From assembly GCA_016187025.1 (NCBI GenBank), contig JACPKM010000008.1, positions 1,361 through 65,360 of the forward strand: a stretch of DNA of 64,000 nucleotides, written 5' to 3'. Shown in pieces: positions 18,608 to 28,271 of the stretch. The position numbers and the translations under genes are program-made. The notes beneath the pieces are model-generated. The model searched no databases, had not been told where the DNA came from, and worked only from the letters and a program-made list of their open reading frames with translations. This DNA is from Candidatus Daviesbacteria bacterium (GTDB lineage: Bacteria; Patescibacteriota; Microgenomatia; Daviesbacterales; UBA10151). Each line of letters starts with the position of its first letter. Within the stretch, counting starts at the first letter, position 1.

Positions 18608-19396
18608 TTGAGATCAAATGTAACCAATAAGAACCTGTCTTTTCCGATGAAAAACGTAGACCATTCCCAAACCATCTTACAACTTGATAAGGTTTGTTTC
18701 TCCTATACTTCAGAAGAGGTGATAAAAGATGTTTCTTTAGCAATTCACAAAGGTGACTATGTTGGTATCATTGGCCCAAATGGAGGAGGAAAGTCAACAC
18801 TCCTAAAACTTATGCTTGGCATATTAAAACCTAATAATGGAAGTGTAAGGCTCTTTGGGAAAGACTTAGATGATTTTAAGGATTGGTCAATAATTGGTTA
18901 TGTTCCTCAAAAAAACTATATTGAAATGAATTTACCAATTACAGTAAAAGAGCTTGTGTCCATGGGCAGATATGGCAAGCGAGGTCTGTTCCGTTTTCCA
19001 AATAAAGAAGATGAGCAGAAAACACTACAAGCTCTCAAGCATGTAGATATACTTGAGTATAAAGACAAACAGGTTAGTGATTTATCTGGTGGTCAAAGAC
19101 AGCGGGCTTTTATTGCCCGCGCGCTTGCGGCAGAGCCAGAGATAATCTTTCTTGACGAACCAACCGTTGGTGTAGATATAAAAACGCAAAAGCAATTTTA
19201 CGAACTGCTAAGAAAACTCAACCAGGAACTGGAGTTAACACTTGTACTGGTATCCCATGAGCTTGATGTTGTTGCTCATGAGTCATCTGAATTGGGTTAT
19301 ATCAACAGAACGCTTGAATACTATGGAGAACCGGAAGAATTTTTGAAAGGAAAATATTTCCATGAGCTTATAGGTAAAGGAGGCGTGCATCACTGA
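18608..19396 (+). CDS. znuC: Metal ABC transporter ATP-binding protein
   Basis: Walker A GPNGGGKST, signature LSGGQRQR, Walker B LDEPT. Confidence 0.8.
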   Translation: MRSNVTNKNLSFPMKNVDHSQTILQLDKVCFSYTSEEVIKDVSLAIHKGDYVGIIGPNGGGKSTLLKLMLGILKPNNGSVRLFGKDLDDFKDWSIIGYVPQKNYIEMNLPITVKELVSMGRYGKRGLFRFPNKEDEQKTLQALKHVDILEYKDKQVSDLSGGQRQRAFIARALAAEPEIIFLDEPTVGVDIKTQKQFYELLRKLNQELELTLVLVSHELDVVAHESSELGYINRTLEYYGEPEEFLKGKYFHELIGKGGVHH

Positions 19397-19398
19397 TT

Positions 19399-20193
19399 AT
19401 GCTAGAGCTTTTTAAGTATGGATTTATGATCCGGGGATTTGAGGCTGGAATTATCATTGCAATAATTGCTCCACTTATTGGTATATTCCTTGTTCTAAGG
19501 CGCTATTCTTTAATTGCCGATACATTATCCCATGTATCCCTTGCAGGAGTGGCAATAGGACTTTTACTAAAGGTTAATCCTTTAATTACAGCCATTATTG
19601 CAGCAGTATTATCTTCTATTGCAATTGAAAGATTACGAATTAGCAAAAAAATATTTGGGGAGTCTGCTCTTTCTATCTTCCTTTCCGGCAGCCTTGCACT
19701 GGCAGTTGTCCTTATTAGCTTCTCTAGGGGATTTGGAGTTGATTTGTTTAGCTATCTTTTCGGGAGTATTACCACAGTCAAACAAACTGATGTATATATT
19801 ATTGGAACTCTAGGTTTGTTGGTTGCTGCAACAATCATTACCTTTTATAAAGAGCTTTTATATGTCACTGTTGATGAAGAAGCAGCCAAAGTAAATGGGA
19901 TTCCAACAAAGTTTATTAATATTCTCCTGATAGTTTTGGCTGCCCTGACAGTATCCCTCTCTATTCCAATTGTTGGTGTTTTACTAATTGCTGCACTTAT
20001 TGTCATTCCGGTAGTTTCTGCATTGCAGCTAAAAACAAGCTTCATAAAAACTATTCTTATAGCTGAGGTTATTTCTATATTTGCTGTGATTTCAGGAATT
20101 ATTATCTCTTTTTACCTTAATCTTTCTCCCGGAGGAACCATTGTTTTGACAACTATTTCTATATTCGTACTTATCTTAATGCTGAAACGATAA
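19399..20193 (+). CDS. znuB: Metal ABC transporter permease
   Basis: 264 aa, multi-TM, positioned after znuC. Confidence 0.7.
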   Translation: MLELFKYGFMIRGFEAGIIIAIIAPLIGIFLVLRRYSLIADTLSHVSLAGVAIGLLLKVNPLITAIIAAVLSSIAIERLRISKKIFGESALSIFLSGSLALAVVLISFSRGFGVDLFSYLFGSITTVKQTDVYIIGTLGLLVAATIITFYKELLYVTVDEEAAKVNGIPTKFINILLIVLAALTVSLSIPIVGVLLIAALIVIPVVSALQLKTSFIKTILIAEVISIFAVISGIIISFYLNLSPGGTIVLTTISIFVLILMLKR

Positions 20194-20373
20194 CACCTAT
20201 CCAAATAACTGCCATCAACACAGCAGTTACCTTGGCAGAATCGATAAAAATTGATCTGAATGAAAATTCCATATTTCTTTGTTCCGATGAAATCGTAAAC
20301 GATTATAAATTTTGTGGACAGTAAAAAAGTTAGCGTATAGTAATAAAAAAGTAAGGAAAATTCAAGCCACCAG

Positions 20374-21912
20374 TTATTCCCATTCCATAGTGGCTGGAGG
20401 TTTGGTAGTGATATCATAAACCACCCTTGAGATACCCTCAACCTCATTTACAAGCCTTGTAGAAATTTTTTGTAGTATCTGATAAGGAACTTGCGCCCAT
20501 TTGGATGTCATCACATCTTTTGATTCAACTATTCTTAATGCCACAACTTCCCCAAAAAATCTTCCATCTCCTTTGACGGCCGTTGAATAGGCTCCAGTCA
20601 TAATTGGAAATGACATATAAACCTTACTTAAATAACTTGCCTTTTCCAGCTCTTCCAAAACTATTTTATCCGCCAGTTTTTCCTTTATTAACCTTTCTTT
20701 GGTTACTTCACCTCTTATCCTGACAGCATATCCGGGCCCTGGAAATACTTGTTTGTTGACAAATTCCTTAGAAAGGCCTAATAACTTACCAATATTTCTG
20801 ACCTCATCTTTATAAAAATTTCTTAAAGGCTCAATTAACTTAAGTTTCATATTTTTAGGAAGTCCACCTACGTTATGGTGACTTTTGATTTTTGAAGCAT
20901 GTTTACTACCCTTGCTTTCTATAACATCAGAATAGATTGTTCCTTGAAGTAAAAACCTAACATTTTTGCCCTCCTGAATTTGTTTTATCATTTCCCGCTC
21001 AAACACCTCTATATAAAATGCACCAATTATTTTCCTTTTTTTTTCAGGGTCAGAAACGCCTTTAAGTTTTCTTAACATTTCTTTTTCTACGTTGCAAACA
21101 ATTGGTTTAACTTTGTGGTGTAGGAAAATCTGCTCTACATGCTCCTTCGTCCTCTCCCTCATCAAACCATTTTCAACATAAATTGGAATAAATTTTTCTT
21201 TTAGTGCATCAGCTGCCAGTATTCCGGCTACTGTTGAATCCACGCCTCCAGACACAGCCCCAATCACATAGTAGCCCCCTGCTTGTTTTTTGATTTCCTG
21301 CCTGATAACAGAAACATCAAATGATTTCTTTTCAAAAGTAACGCCGCATTCAACTAAAAAGCTTTTTAACAGGGTTGTTCCATGATCTGTATGCTCAACT
21401 TCAGGATGAAATTGTACTCCCCAAATTTTTTGTTTTTGATTTGCAACAAAAGCATTTACTACGTGGTCTGTTGAGCCTAAAACCTCAAAACCCTTAGGTA
21501 GTTTGACAACTTCATCTCCATGACTCATCCACACAGTAAATTTTTCAGGTAAGCCATTTGCCTGCTTTAACTGTATTTGCGCAGGACCATATTCTTTTTT
21601 CCCTGGAATGACTTTTCCTCCAAGCAAATGTGCCATAATTTGCAATCCATAACAAATTCCGAGGATTGGAATATTTAGCCCAAAAATCCTTGGATCTATT
21701 GTGGGAGCATTTTTTAAATACACTGAATCTGGTCCTCCTGAGAGTATTATTCCTAAGGGCTTTTTGTCATTTTTAATTTTATCCAGTACCTGGTCAGGTT
21801 CAATTATTTCCCCCTGAGCTCCTAACTGTTTCACCCTTCTTAATATCAAATGTGCAGTTTGGGAACCAAAGTCTACAACAATAAGTGAAGGCTTTCTTAC
21901 CACATTGCCCAT
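20374..21912 (-). CDS. guaA: GMP synthase (glutamine-hydrolysing)
   Basis: GATase block with catalytic Cys (GICYGLQ), ATP-PPase SGGVDS motif, C-terminal dimerisation domain ending ...TMEWE. 512 aa. Confidence 0.95.
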   Translation of the reverse strand: MGNVVRKPSLIVVDFGSQTAHLILRRVKQLGAQGEIIEPDQVLDKIKNDKKPLGIILSGGPDSVYLKNAPTIDPRIFGLNIPILGICYGLQIMAHLLGGKVIPGKKEYGPAQIQLKQANGLPEKFTVWMSHGDEVVKLPKGFEVLGSTDHVVNAFVANQKQKIWGVQFHPEVEHTDHGTTLLKSFLVECGVTFEKKSFDVSVIRQEIKKQAGGYYVIGAVSGGVDSTVAGILAADALKEKFIPIYVENGLMRERTKEHVEQIFLHHKVKPIVCNVEKEMLRKLKGVSDPEKKRKIIGAFYIEVFEREMIKQIQEGKNVRFLLQGTIYSDVIESKGSKHASKIKSHHNVGGLPKNMKLKLIEPLRNFYKDEVRNIGKLLGLSKEFVNKQVFPGPGYAVRIRGEVTKERLIKEKLADKIVLEELEKASYLSKVYMSFPIMTGAYSTAVKGDGRFFGEVVALRIVESKDVMTSKWAQVPYQILQKISTRLVNEVEGISRVVYDITTKPPATMEWE

Positions 21913-21956
21913 AAGCTATTTATATAGCACATTAACAAAAAAGAAGGTAGTGTTTG

Positions 21957-22085
21957 TTACCTGGATCCACCTTTTCTGCCTATTTCGCTATAAAAGGCTC
22001 TGTCATGGGATTTTCCGCCCTTACTAGCTACTCTCCTCCTTGTCTGAGGATCTGCTGATGCTAGTCCTCTTTTGCTTTTTGCCAT
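21957..22085 (-). CDS. KGG-repeat stress-induced small protein (42 aa)
   Basis: Manual translation: MAKSKRGLASADPQTRRRVASKGGKSHDRAFYSEIGRKGGSR. It has two KGG motifs and a HDxxFYxEIGrKGG block like YciG/GsiB-type proteins. Below the ORF-track length cutoff. Confidence 0.5.
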   Translation of the reverse strand: MAKSKRGLASADPQTRRRVASKGGKSHDRAFYSEIGRKGGSR

Positions 22086-22118
22086 TTTACAAATCACCGC
22101 CTTTCCTTAAGTATCCAA

Positions 22119-22424
22119 TTATTTCAAAGAAGCTTTTCTGCCTCTACTACTTCTTCTTTTGAAAGGGTTTTTGCCCTGGATTTGATGAGCCACAGCACCC
22201 TGTGAGTTGGCAATCCTTTTGTTTAGAATGGCTCCAATTGTTTTAGTTGCTTCTATTGCCTTTTTACCCAGTATTTCCCTATTTTTCCTTTTCATCAGTG
22301 CTGCTCCTGCTGCAACAACACCAGCTGTAACAGCCAGTCCAGCTGCACCCAAGGCAATTTTGTTTGCCACTCCTCTTGTTTTGACCCTATCTTGACCGGT
22401 TTGCATCCGAACCAATGTTTTCAC
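22119..22424 (-). CDS. YtxH-like (DUF948) small stress protein
   Basis: Gly/Ala-rich hydrophobic N-segment followed by K-rich helix (KRKNREILGKKAIEATK). Adjacent to the KGG protein. Confidence 0.35.
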   Translation of the reverse strand: MKTLVRMQTGQDRVKTRGVANKIALGAAGLAVTAGVVAAGAALMKRKNREILGKKAIEATKTIGAILNKRIANSQGAVAHQIQGKNPFKRRSSRGRKASLK

Positions 22425-22520
22425 CTCCCTTTATATTTCCTTTACATTATCAACAGCAAATAAAAAGTCTGTAAAGTAAGCGTAAGGGATAAGCAAGACT
22501 AAAACTCCCTCTCCTAAAAT

Positions 22521-22916
22521 TTGCTTTTTTATTACGAAATTTTTACAATTAACTTACTAAAAATGCATATATTGTCTATTCTCCTATCAATTGCTTTGGG
22601 CTTTATTGCTATTAACGCCCTAACACACGACCGGTCAAGGATTAAAAGTAGAATGCCCAATGTCATTATTGGGAAGGTGCAGATTTTCCCGGTTTTAAGA
22701 ATACAGATTAGAGGTAGTGTGATTCATTTTCATCACTGGTTTCATTTTTCACTAATGCTGGGATATTCTTTTATCGCTTCAGCCGGCATTCTTGACCATT
22801 CTTTTACGAGAGGCATTTTACTTGGCGGAATTATTCAGGGCCTTTCCCTTCCTAAAGAATACCGGAAAATAATTTATAGGGAACACCCTGTGTTACCTCC
22901 ACTAAAATCCAGATGA
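22521..22916 (+). CDS. Hypothetical membrane protein
   Basis: Multi-TM 131-aa ORF whose stop overlaps the gmk start (ATGA). Confidence 0.35.
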   Translation: MLFYYEIFTINLLKMHILSILLSIALGFIAINALTHDRSRIKSRMPNVIIGKVQIFPVLRIQIRGSVIHFHHWFHFSLMLGYSFIASAGILDHSFTRGILLGGIIQGLSLPKEYRKIIYREHPVLPPLKSR

Positions 22917-23524
22917 AACAAACTGGGATACTGCTTGTCGTAACTGGTCCTACAGCCAGTGGGAAAGATGCAGTTGTTGAAAGTATTTTAAAGAAAACCC
23001 ATGTCTTTAAAAAGGTAATTACTACCACTACACGTACTCCGAGACCCGGAGAAAAAAATGGGGTAAATTACTTTTTTGTCAGCATAAAAGATTTTCATAA
23101 AATGGGTGAGAATCAGGAGTTTTTAGAGACCAATGAATACGGTGGTAATTTTTATGGCACTACAAAAAAAGAAATTCATCAGGTCTTGGCTAGACAAGAT
23201 TTAGTTTGGCGGATTGATCCGTCTGCTGCTGCAAAAATAAAGTCAATCATCAGCAAAAACTTTCCTAAAGACGCTGCAAGTGAGCTTATTTCAAAAACTA
23301 TAGTTATTTATTTAAGTCCAGAGAGTGCTCAGGTGTTAATCAGTAGATTAAAAGGACGGGGATTTAGCGGTTCTGAAATTGACCAAAGGTTAAATGAGGA
23401 AAATATGCTTTGGGAGAAATACCAAAACAAGTTTCCGTATGTGATAATCAACAAAACAGGATATTTGGACAAAACGGTTGCAAATGTTTTAGCTTTAGTT
23501 CAAGAAAGAAAAGAAAGTCTTTAA
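22913..23524 (+). CDS. gmk: Guanylate kinase
   Basis: P-loop GPTASGKD and ITTTTRTPRPGEKNGVNYFFV GMP-binding block. Confidence 0.8.
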   Translation: MKQTGILLVVTGPTASGKDAVVESILKKTHVFKKVITTTTRTPRPGEKNGVNYFFVSIKDFHKMGENQEFLETNEYGGNFYGTTKKEIHQVLARQDLVWRIDPSAAAKIKSIISKNFPKDAASELISKTIVIYLSPESAQVLISRLKGRGFSGSEIDQRLNEENMLWEKYQNKFPYVIINKTGYLDKTVANVLALVQERKESL

Positions 23525-23549
23525 AGTAACATCTTCATCTGAAGATGAT

Positions 23550-23909
23550 CTACTTAAGAGCAAACTCCTTTACCGTATCTAGTAGTTTTTTTATATCAAA
23601 AGGCTTTTCCAAAAATCCGTCCGCTTTAGTATCCTTGGCAATTTGCCTTGTATCACTTAAGGCAGATACTAGTAAAACCGGAATCTTTTTTGTTGCCGGA
23701 TTTGATTTAAGCTTTCTAGTTATTTCTCTTCCATCAAACCCAGACATCCAAACATCAAGCAGTACCAAATCAGGCATTTCTTTTAAAATTGATTCTTCCA
23801 CATTTTTTCCATGAGTCTCACCTACTACATCAAACCCGCCTTCAGTTAAAACTATTTTAATAACCTCAACAATAGATGAGTCATCATCTGCAATAAAAAC
23901 TTTTTTCAT
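23550..23909 (-). CDS. Stand-alone response-regulator receiver domain
   Basis: DDD...LLDVWM...K receiver pattern, 119 aa, no output domain. Confidence 0.8.
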   Translation of the reverse strand: MKKVFIADDDSSIVEVIKIVLTEGGFDVVGETHGKNVEESILKEMPDLVLLDVWMSGFDGREITRKLKSNPATKKIPVLLVSALSDTRQIAKDTKADGFLEKPFDIKKLLDTVKEFALK

Positions 23910-26104
23910 TAATTTAGTACTCGGCCTTCAATGGGAATTCGTATGATAAAGCTTGACCCTTTTCCTATATTACTTCTAACACTAATTTTTCCTCTATGCT
24001 GTCTAATAATTTGCGAACTGATATAAAGCCCAAGTCCCAAACCAGCATAAGTTTCTCCTTTATGCTTTACTACCTGAAAAAATCTATCAAATACCCTTTT
24101 TTGAAACTCCTTAGGTATACCTATTCCAAAATCCTGAACCTCAATTTGCATATGATTGCTTATCTCCTTTGTTTTAATTAGTACCTTCAAAGCTCCCGGA
24201 GAATATTTTACCGCATTTGTAATTAAATTTACCATCACCTCGGATACCCGATCTTTATCCCAGTACACCCGTTTCGAAACATACCCTTTTAAAATCAGTT
24301 TGTGGGTTTTAAATGCTGGCTGCAAGCTACCAACAATATCCTTGATAAATTTATTAAAATCAAACCTTGTTCTATAAAACGGTAAAGACCCTTTCTCCAT
24401 TTTACTCAAATCCAGTAATTCATTTACCAACCGGGTTAACTTATCAAGTTGCAAATTGACTTTTTCTAAGTAGGCTTTGACAATACCATCCTCTGTTTTT
24501 ATTAGCCGTGCTTGAATTAACTGAGTAAAAGCCTTGATGGTAGTAATCGGAGTTTTGAGCTCATGGCTTGCAATTGCCAGGAATTCATCTTTATGCTTTT
24601 CAACCAGTTTCAACTCAGTAACATCATGAAATACATTTACTACAAACTGAACTTCACCTTTATCATCAAAAACTGGGGTCGCTTTAACCAAACTCCACCT
24701 TTCATGATTAGTATCTTTTTTTCGGAATCTGATGATGGTTTCAGGTGTGTTTTTCCCAAGTACGGCCAGTCTAGAGGGTAGTTTATCAAGGGGAAATGGA
24801 TTACCATTTTCTTCTTTAAGCTCAAATAGATCTAAGATGTTATTGTTTGATTCCTTTAGCATATTTTTTGGATGATCATATCCAATAGTTCTAGCAGCTG
24901 CTGAATTTACAAACATTAACTTACCCTCTTTACCTTGCACAGCTATCCCATCTGAAACATTTTGTAGAATAACTTCCAGTTGATTTTTTTGCTTCTTATA
25001 TTCTTTTTCTCTAATTCTTAATTTGTCCTCTGCCTTTTTTCTTTCTCCGATTTCTTGTTTAGCTCCCTGAAAAAGAAGTGAGTTTTCAATTGAGATTGCA
25101 ACTCTGCCAGCTAAATCATTTGCCAAAATAAGATCAGCTTGCTGGTAATGCCTTCCTGAGTCTCCCATTGAAAAAGTAACAATTCCCAACATATGCCCTC
25201 TAGAGATAATTGGAATAGCCATATATGAACAAACCCCTAAGGCTTTTAATAGTTTTAGATGCTTTGTATTCAGGGAAATTGAACTCAGCCATTTAGTGTC
25301 AACTCTTGAAACAAGCAAAGGTTTGTTTAATTTTAAGCTTAAGGCAGCTGGCTGGCTGGAGTCCAAGGATAGAGGATAATTGTTTTTAAGTATATTTGCC
25401 AGTCTATTTTTTTTAGAGTCTATATGAACTACCTCGACGCGGCTGGTATTATTGCTTTCTTCTACCAAATCGATAATACACCAATCTGCTATGATTGGTA
25501 CAATTAAACGAGCCAGATTTTTGAGAGAGGTTCGATAGTCCAATGATTGAGATAAGATTTTACTTGCCTCAACTAGAAAAGATAGCTTTAAATTGGCATT
25601 TTCAGCCTCAGCTCTGGCTGACTGCTCAATAATAAGCTGTGCCTTTTCCTCCTCTGCCAGTTTTCGGTCTGTAATATCCTGAACTAGACCCTCGAAATAT
25701 ATAATTTCACCATTTTTATTCTTTACTGCCCGGGCATTCTCCGAAATCCAAATAATATCTCCGTCTTTTTTACGAACCTGTGATTCAAAATCAGTTATCA
25801 GCCCTTTTGACCTAATTAGCCTGATAAATTTATCCCTGGTACTGGAATTTACATAAAATTGAGTTTTAATATTTACTAAGTTACTTGTCATATCTTCTAC
25901 TGATTCATAGCCGAGAATTTTGGCCAAAGCAGGGTTAGCGGTTAATATTTTCCCCTCAGGAGTTGACTGATATATGCCCTCGATAGCATTTTCAAAAATT
26001 GATCTATACAAATTATCACCATTGATAGGTTCATCAATTATGCTTTTTTCTAACATTAGGATTTTCCTTTTTGGAGGCGATCTTAGGACAGAGTCAGCGA
26101 ACAT
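23909..26104 (-). CDS. Sensor histidine kinase with PAS and GAF domains
   Basis: H-box HELKTPITTI, G-boxes GLGLGLYISSQII, N-terminal PAS/GAF-like regions. 731 aa. Confidence 0.85.
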   Translation of the reverse strand: MFADSVLRSPPKRKILMLEKSIIDEPINGDNLYRSIFENAIEGIYQSTPEGKILTANPALAKILGYESVEDMTSNLVNIKTQFYVNSSTRDKFIRLIRSKGLITDFESQVRKKDGDIIWISENARAVKNKNGEIIYFEGLVQDITDRKLAEEEKAQLIIEQSARAEAENANLKLSFLVEASKILSQSLDYRTSLKNLARLIVPIIADWCIIDLVEESNNTSRVEVVHIDSKKNRLANILKNNYPLSLDSSQPAALSLKLNKPLLVSRVDTKWLSSISLNTKHLKLLKALGVCSYMAIPIISRGHMLGIVTFSMGDSGRHYQQADLILANDLAGRVAISIENSLLFQGAKQEIGERKKAEDKLRIREKEYKKQKNQLEVILQNVSDGIAVQGKEGKLMFVNSAAARTIGYDHPKNMLKESNNNILDLFELKEENGNPFPLDKLPSRLAVLGKNTPETIIRFRKKDTNHERWSLVKATPVFDDKGEVQFVVNVFHDVTELKLVEKHKDEFLAIASHELKTPITTIKAFTQLIQARLIKTEDGIVKAYLEKVNLQLDKLTRLVNELLDLSKMEKGSLPFYRTRFDFNKFIKDIVGSLQPAFKTHKLILKGYVSKRVYWDKDRVSEVMVNLITNAVKYSPGALKVLIKTKEISNHMQIEVQDFGIGIPKEFQKRVFDRFFQVVKHKGETYAGLGLGLYISSQIIRQHRGKISVRSNIGKGSSFIIRIPIEGRVLN

Positions 26105-26189
26105 AATTTAATCCTACAAATCAAAAATAAGATCATTATGATTAGAATGTAATAATTAAGTAAGCTACAAAAAAAGGCCCGCTTTTGAG

Positions 26190-26786
26190 CTAAATTGTTT
26201 TTTGATATTCTTGGAGTGTTAGCCAGACAGGGTCTGGAACTTTTTTATAGTTGATGTTTCTTGTAAGCTTTGGTTCTCCGTTTTCTTCTATTAGATAATA
26301 AGCAAAACCACGCAGTTTTTTGATAGGCTCATAATCAGCATGACCTGGTAGGCTGACCGGGTCGGTCTCTTCAAAATTAACAGGGCTATCATCTGATGTC
26401 ACCAGCCATTTTTTTCCGGTATTTGCAACCAGATGGGCTGTGCCAGCAGGCATAAATACCGCATCACCCTTCTTTACTTTGATCGCCATAAAAGATTCTA
26501 TCTCGTCATCTATAGGTTGACCATTAGAATCGTTTTTCCTTATCTGTAAAAGCACCACACCTTCACCCTCAATAATATGGTAGGTTTCTGAGATACGGCC
26601 TACATGGTAGTGTCCATAGGTTTTGATATATTCACCGCCTATCGTCCCTGTTTCCCATACAGTGATATTTGTCTTGTCAGATCCCCCACGAATCATATAA
26701 TAATGAATCTCAGGTCCTGGGGCATCAGGAGCAAGCAATACCTCCTTCATCTTGCCGTGTTCTCTTGGAGCAAAAGGTTTAAGCAT
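26190..26786 (-). CDS. Cupin-type (archaeal-type) glucose-6-phosphate isomerase
   Basis: TYGHYHV...ETYHIIEGEGVVLLQ and GDAVFMPAGTAHLVANTG blocks align with Pyrococcus cPGI (TKGHFHAK...EVYVALKGKGGMLLQ; GTVVYVPPYWAHRTVNIG). Confidence 0.7.
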   Translation of the reverse strand: MLKPFAPREHGKMKEVLLAPDAPGPEIHYYMIRGGSDKTNITVWETGTIGGEYIKTYGHYHVGRISETYHIIEGEGVVLLQIRKNDSNGQPIDDEIESFMAIKVKKGDAVFMPAGTAHLVANTGKKWLVTSDDSPVNFEETDPVSLPGHADYEPIKKLRGFAYYLIEENGEPKLTRNINYKKVPDPVWLTLQEYQKTI

Positions 26787-26843
26787 AGATTACTAGTATT
26801 TCACTCTTTACATTTCTTTGTCAATATTACAAAATGTCAACAA

Positions 26844-28271
26844 ATGAATCCGTTTACTTTAATTATTTTTGGTATTACATCAAACCTATCTCAAATTAAA
26901 ATCATTCCTGCACTTTATGACATGGAGGAAAAAGGGCTTTTGTCCGGAATTTCCGTTTTGGGGGTTGCCAGAAAAAAACAGACAAAGAAAGAGTTCTACG
27001 AATATATTAATAAAGTAGCCTACTTACCAAACGTTCATCATAAGCACCAGATTAAAAAAGAGGTCTATGAAAGGTTATGCAGGAAAATGAGCTATATTGA
27101 TGGAGATTTAGATGACCCTAACTTTTACCTCAGATTAAAAAATACTCTGGCTAAAGAATCTAATATTAAAAGCAGGGTATTTTATCTGGCGGTCTATCCA
27201 GGCCTTTATGAAATGGTTTTTAAACACCTTAAAAAAAATAAACTAACTCAGCAAAAAAATGGTTGGGCAAGACTTATTATAGAAAAACCCCTAGGGTTTG
27301 ATTTAAAAACTGCCAAAATTTTAAATAGGCTTTTAGGTAAATATTTCACAGCAGATCAGGTTTTTAGACTTGACCATTATTTAGGGAAGGAAACTTTACA
27401 GAATATTTTAACCTTTAGATTTGGCAATGGGATTTTTGAACCACTAATGAACTCGGAGTACGTAGACCACATTCAAATTACAGCTACAGAGGATTTTGGG
27501 ATAGGAAAAAGGGGCGCTTACTATGATAGTGTTGGCGCCTTAATAGATGTGGGACAAAACCATGAACTACAAATGTTAGCACTTACAACAATGGATGCTC
27601 CTGTAGAATTTAGTAGTCAATCACTCTCCAGACAAAAAGTAAAAATCCTAAAATCCTTAGTACCAAGTAAAGTTGTGTTTGGCCAATATGATGGATATAC
27701 CAAAGAAGAAAGCGTTAACCCAAACTCCACCAAAGATACATTTTATGCTTTGAAGACGTATATTGATAACGAGAGGTGGAAAGATGTGCCTATATATATT
27801 AGGGCTGGCAAGATGCTAAAACAATATGTTACGGAGATAGTAGTAGTCTTCAAAAACCCCATTAACAGGTTATTTAAACATCTAGACTGCGGTGAAGAAC
27901 CAAACATATTGATCTATCGTATCCAACCAAATGAGGGGGTAGTTTTAAAAATAGTTGCCAAGAAGCCAGGTCAGGAAACCGAGCTTGAACCGTCGTACAT
28001 GCAGTTTTGCTACAAAATAAACCCAGAGGGCCATTTTTTTCCAGATCCTTATGAAAGACTGCTTCTTGATGCAATCAAAGGAGACCAAACCTTCTTCAAT
28101 GATGCAGAAGAAGTTGAGGCTGAATGGGCTTTTGTTGACCCCCTCGTTAGCACTCGGGGTAAACCACATATTTATAAACCAGGTTCATGGGGACCAAAAG
28201 AAGCGGATGAGCTGATTGAAAAAGATGGCAGAGCTTGGCTTGAACCTTCAATGGACTTTTGCAGAATTTAG
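26844..28271 (+). CDS. zwf: Glucose-6-phosphate 1-dehydrogenase
   Basis: RLDHYLGKE active-site motif. N-terminal IIFGITSNLSQIKIIPALY NADP-binding block begins right after the ATG at 26844. The ORF-track start at 26604 would overlap the pgi gene. Confidence 0.85.
   Translation: MNPFTLIIFGITSNLSQIKIIPALYDMEEKGLLSGISVLGVARKKQTKKEFYEYINKVAYLPNVHHKHQIKKEVYERLCRKMSYIDGDLDDPNFYLRLKNTLAKESNIKSRVFYLAVYPGLYEMVFKHLKKNKLTQQKNGWARLIIEKPLGFDLKTAKILNRLLGKYFTADQVFRLDHYLGKETLQNILTFRFGNGIFEPLMNSEYVDHIQITATEDFGIGKRGAYYDSVGALIDVGQNHELQMLALTTMDAPVEFSSQSLSRQKVKILKSLVPSKVVFGQYDGYTKEESVNPNSTKDTFYALKTYIDNERWKDVPIYIRAGKMLKQYVTEIVVVFKNPINRLFKHLDCGEEPNILIYRIQPNEGVVLKIVAKKPGQETELEPSYMQFCYKINPEGHFFPDPYERLLLDAIKGDQTFFNDAEEVEAEWAFVDPLVSTRGKPHIYKPGSWGPKEADELIEKDGRAWLEPSMDFCRI

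Noticed and set aside
20112-20447. 111-aa minus ORF overlapping the guaA 3' end and the znuB/guaA intergenic region
   Set aside because: It overlaps guaA in another frame and has no motif. The translation is Phe/Tyr/Ile-rich noise.
23530-23547. Palindrome catcttcatctgaagatg between convergent gmk and the response-regulator gene as a bidirectional terminator
   Set aside because: The stem is AT-rich with a very tight loop, and no U-tract follows on either strand. At most a weak pause or operator site.
26604-26843. 80-codon N-terminal extension of zwf
   Set aside because: It overlaps the 5' third of the cupin PGI gene on the other strand. The G6PD dinucleotide-binding block begins immediately after the ATG at 26844.
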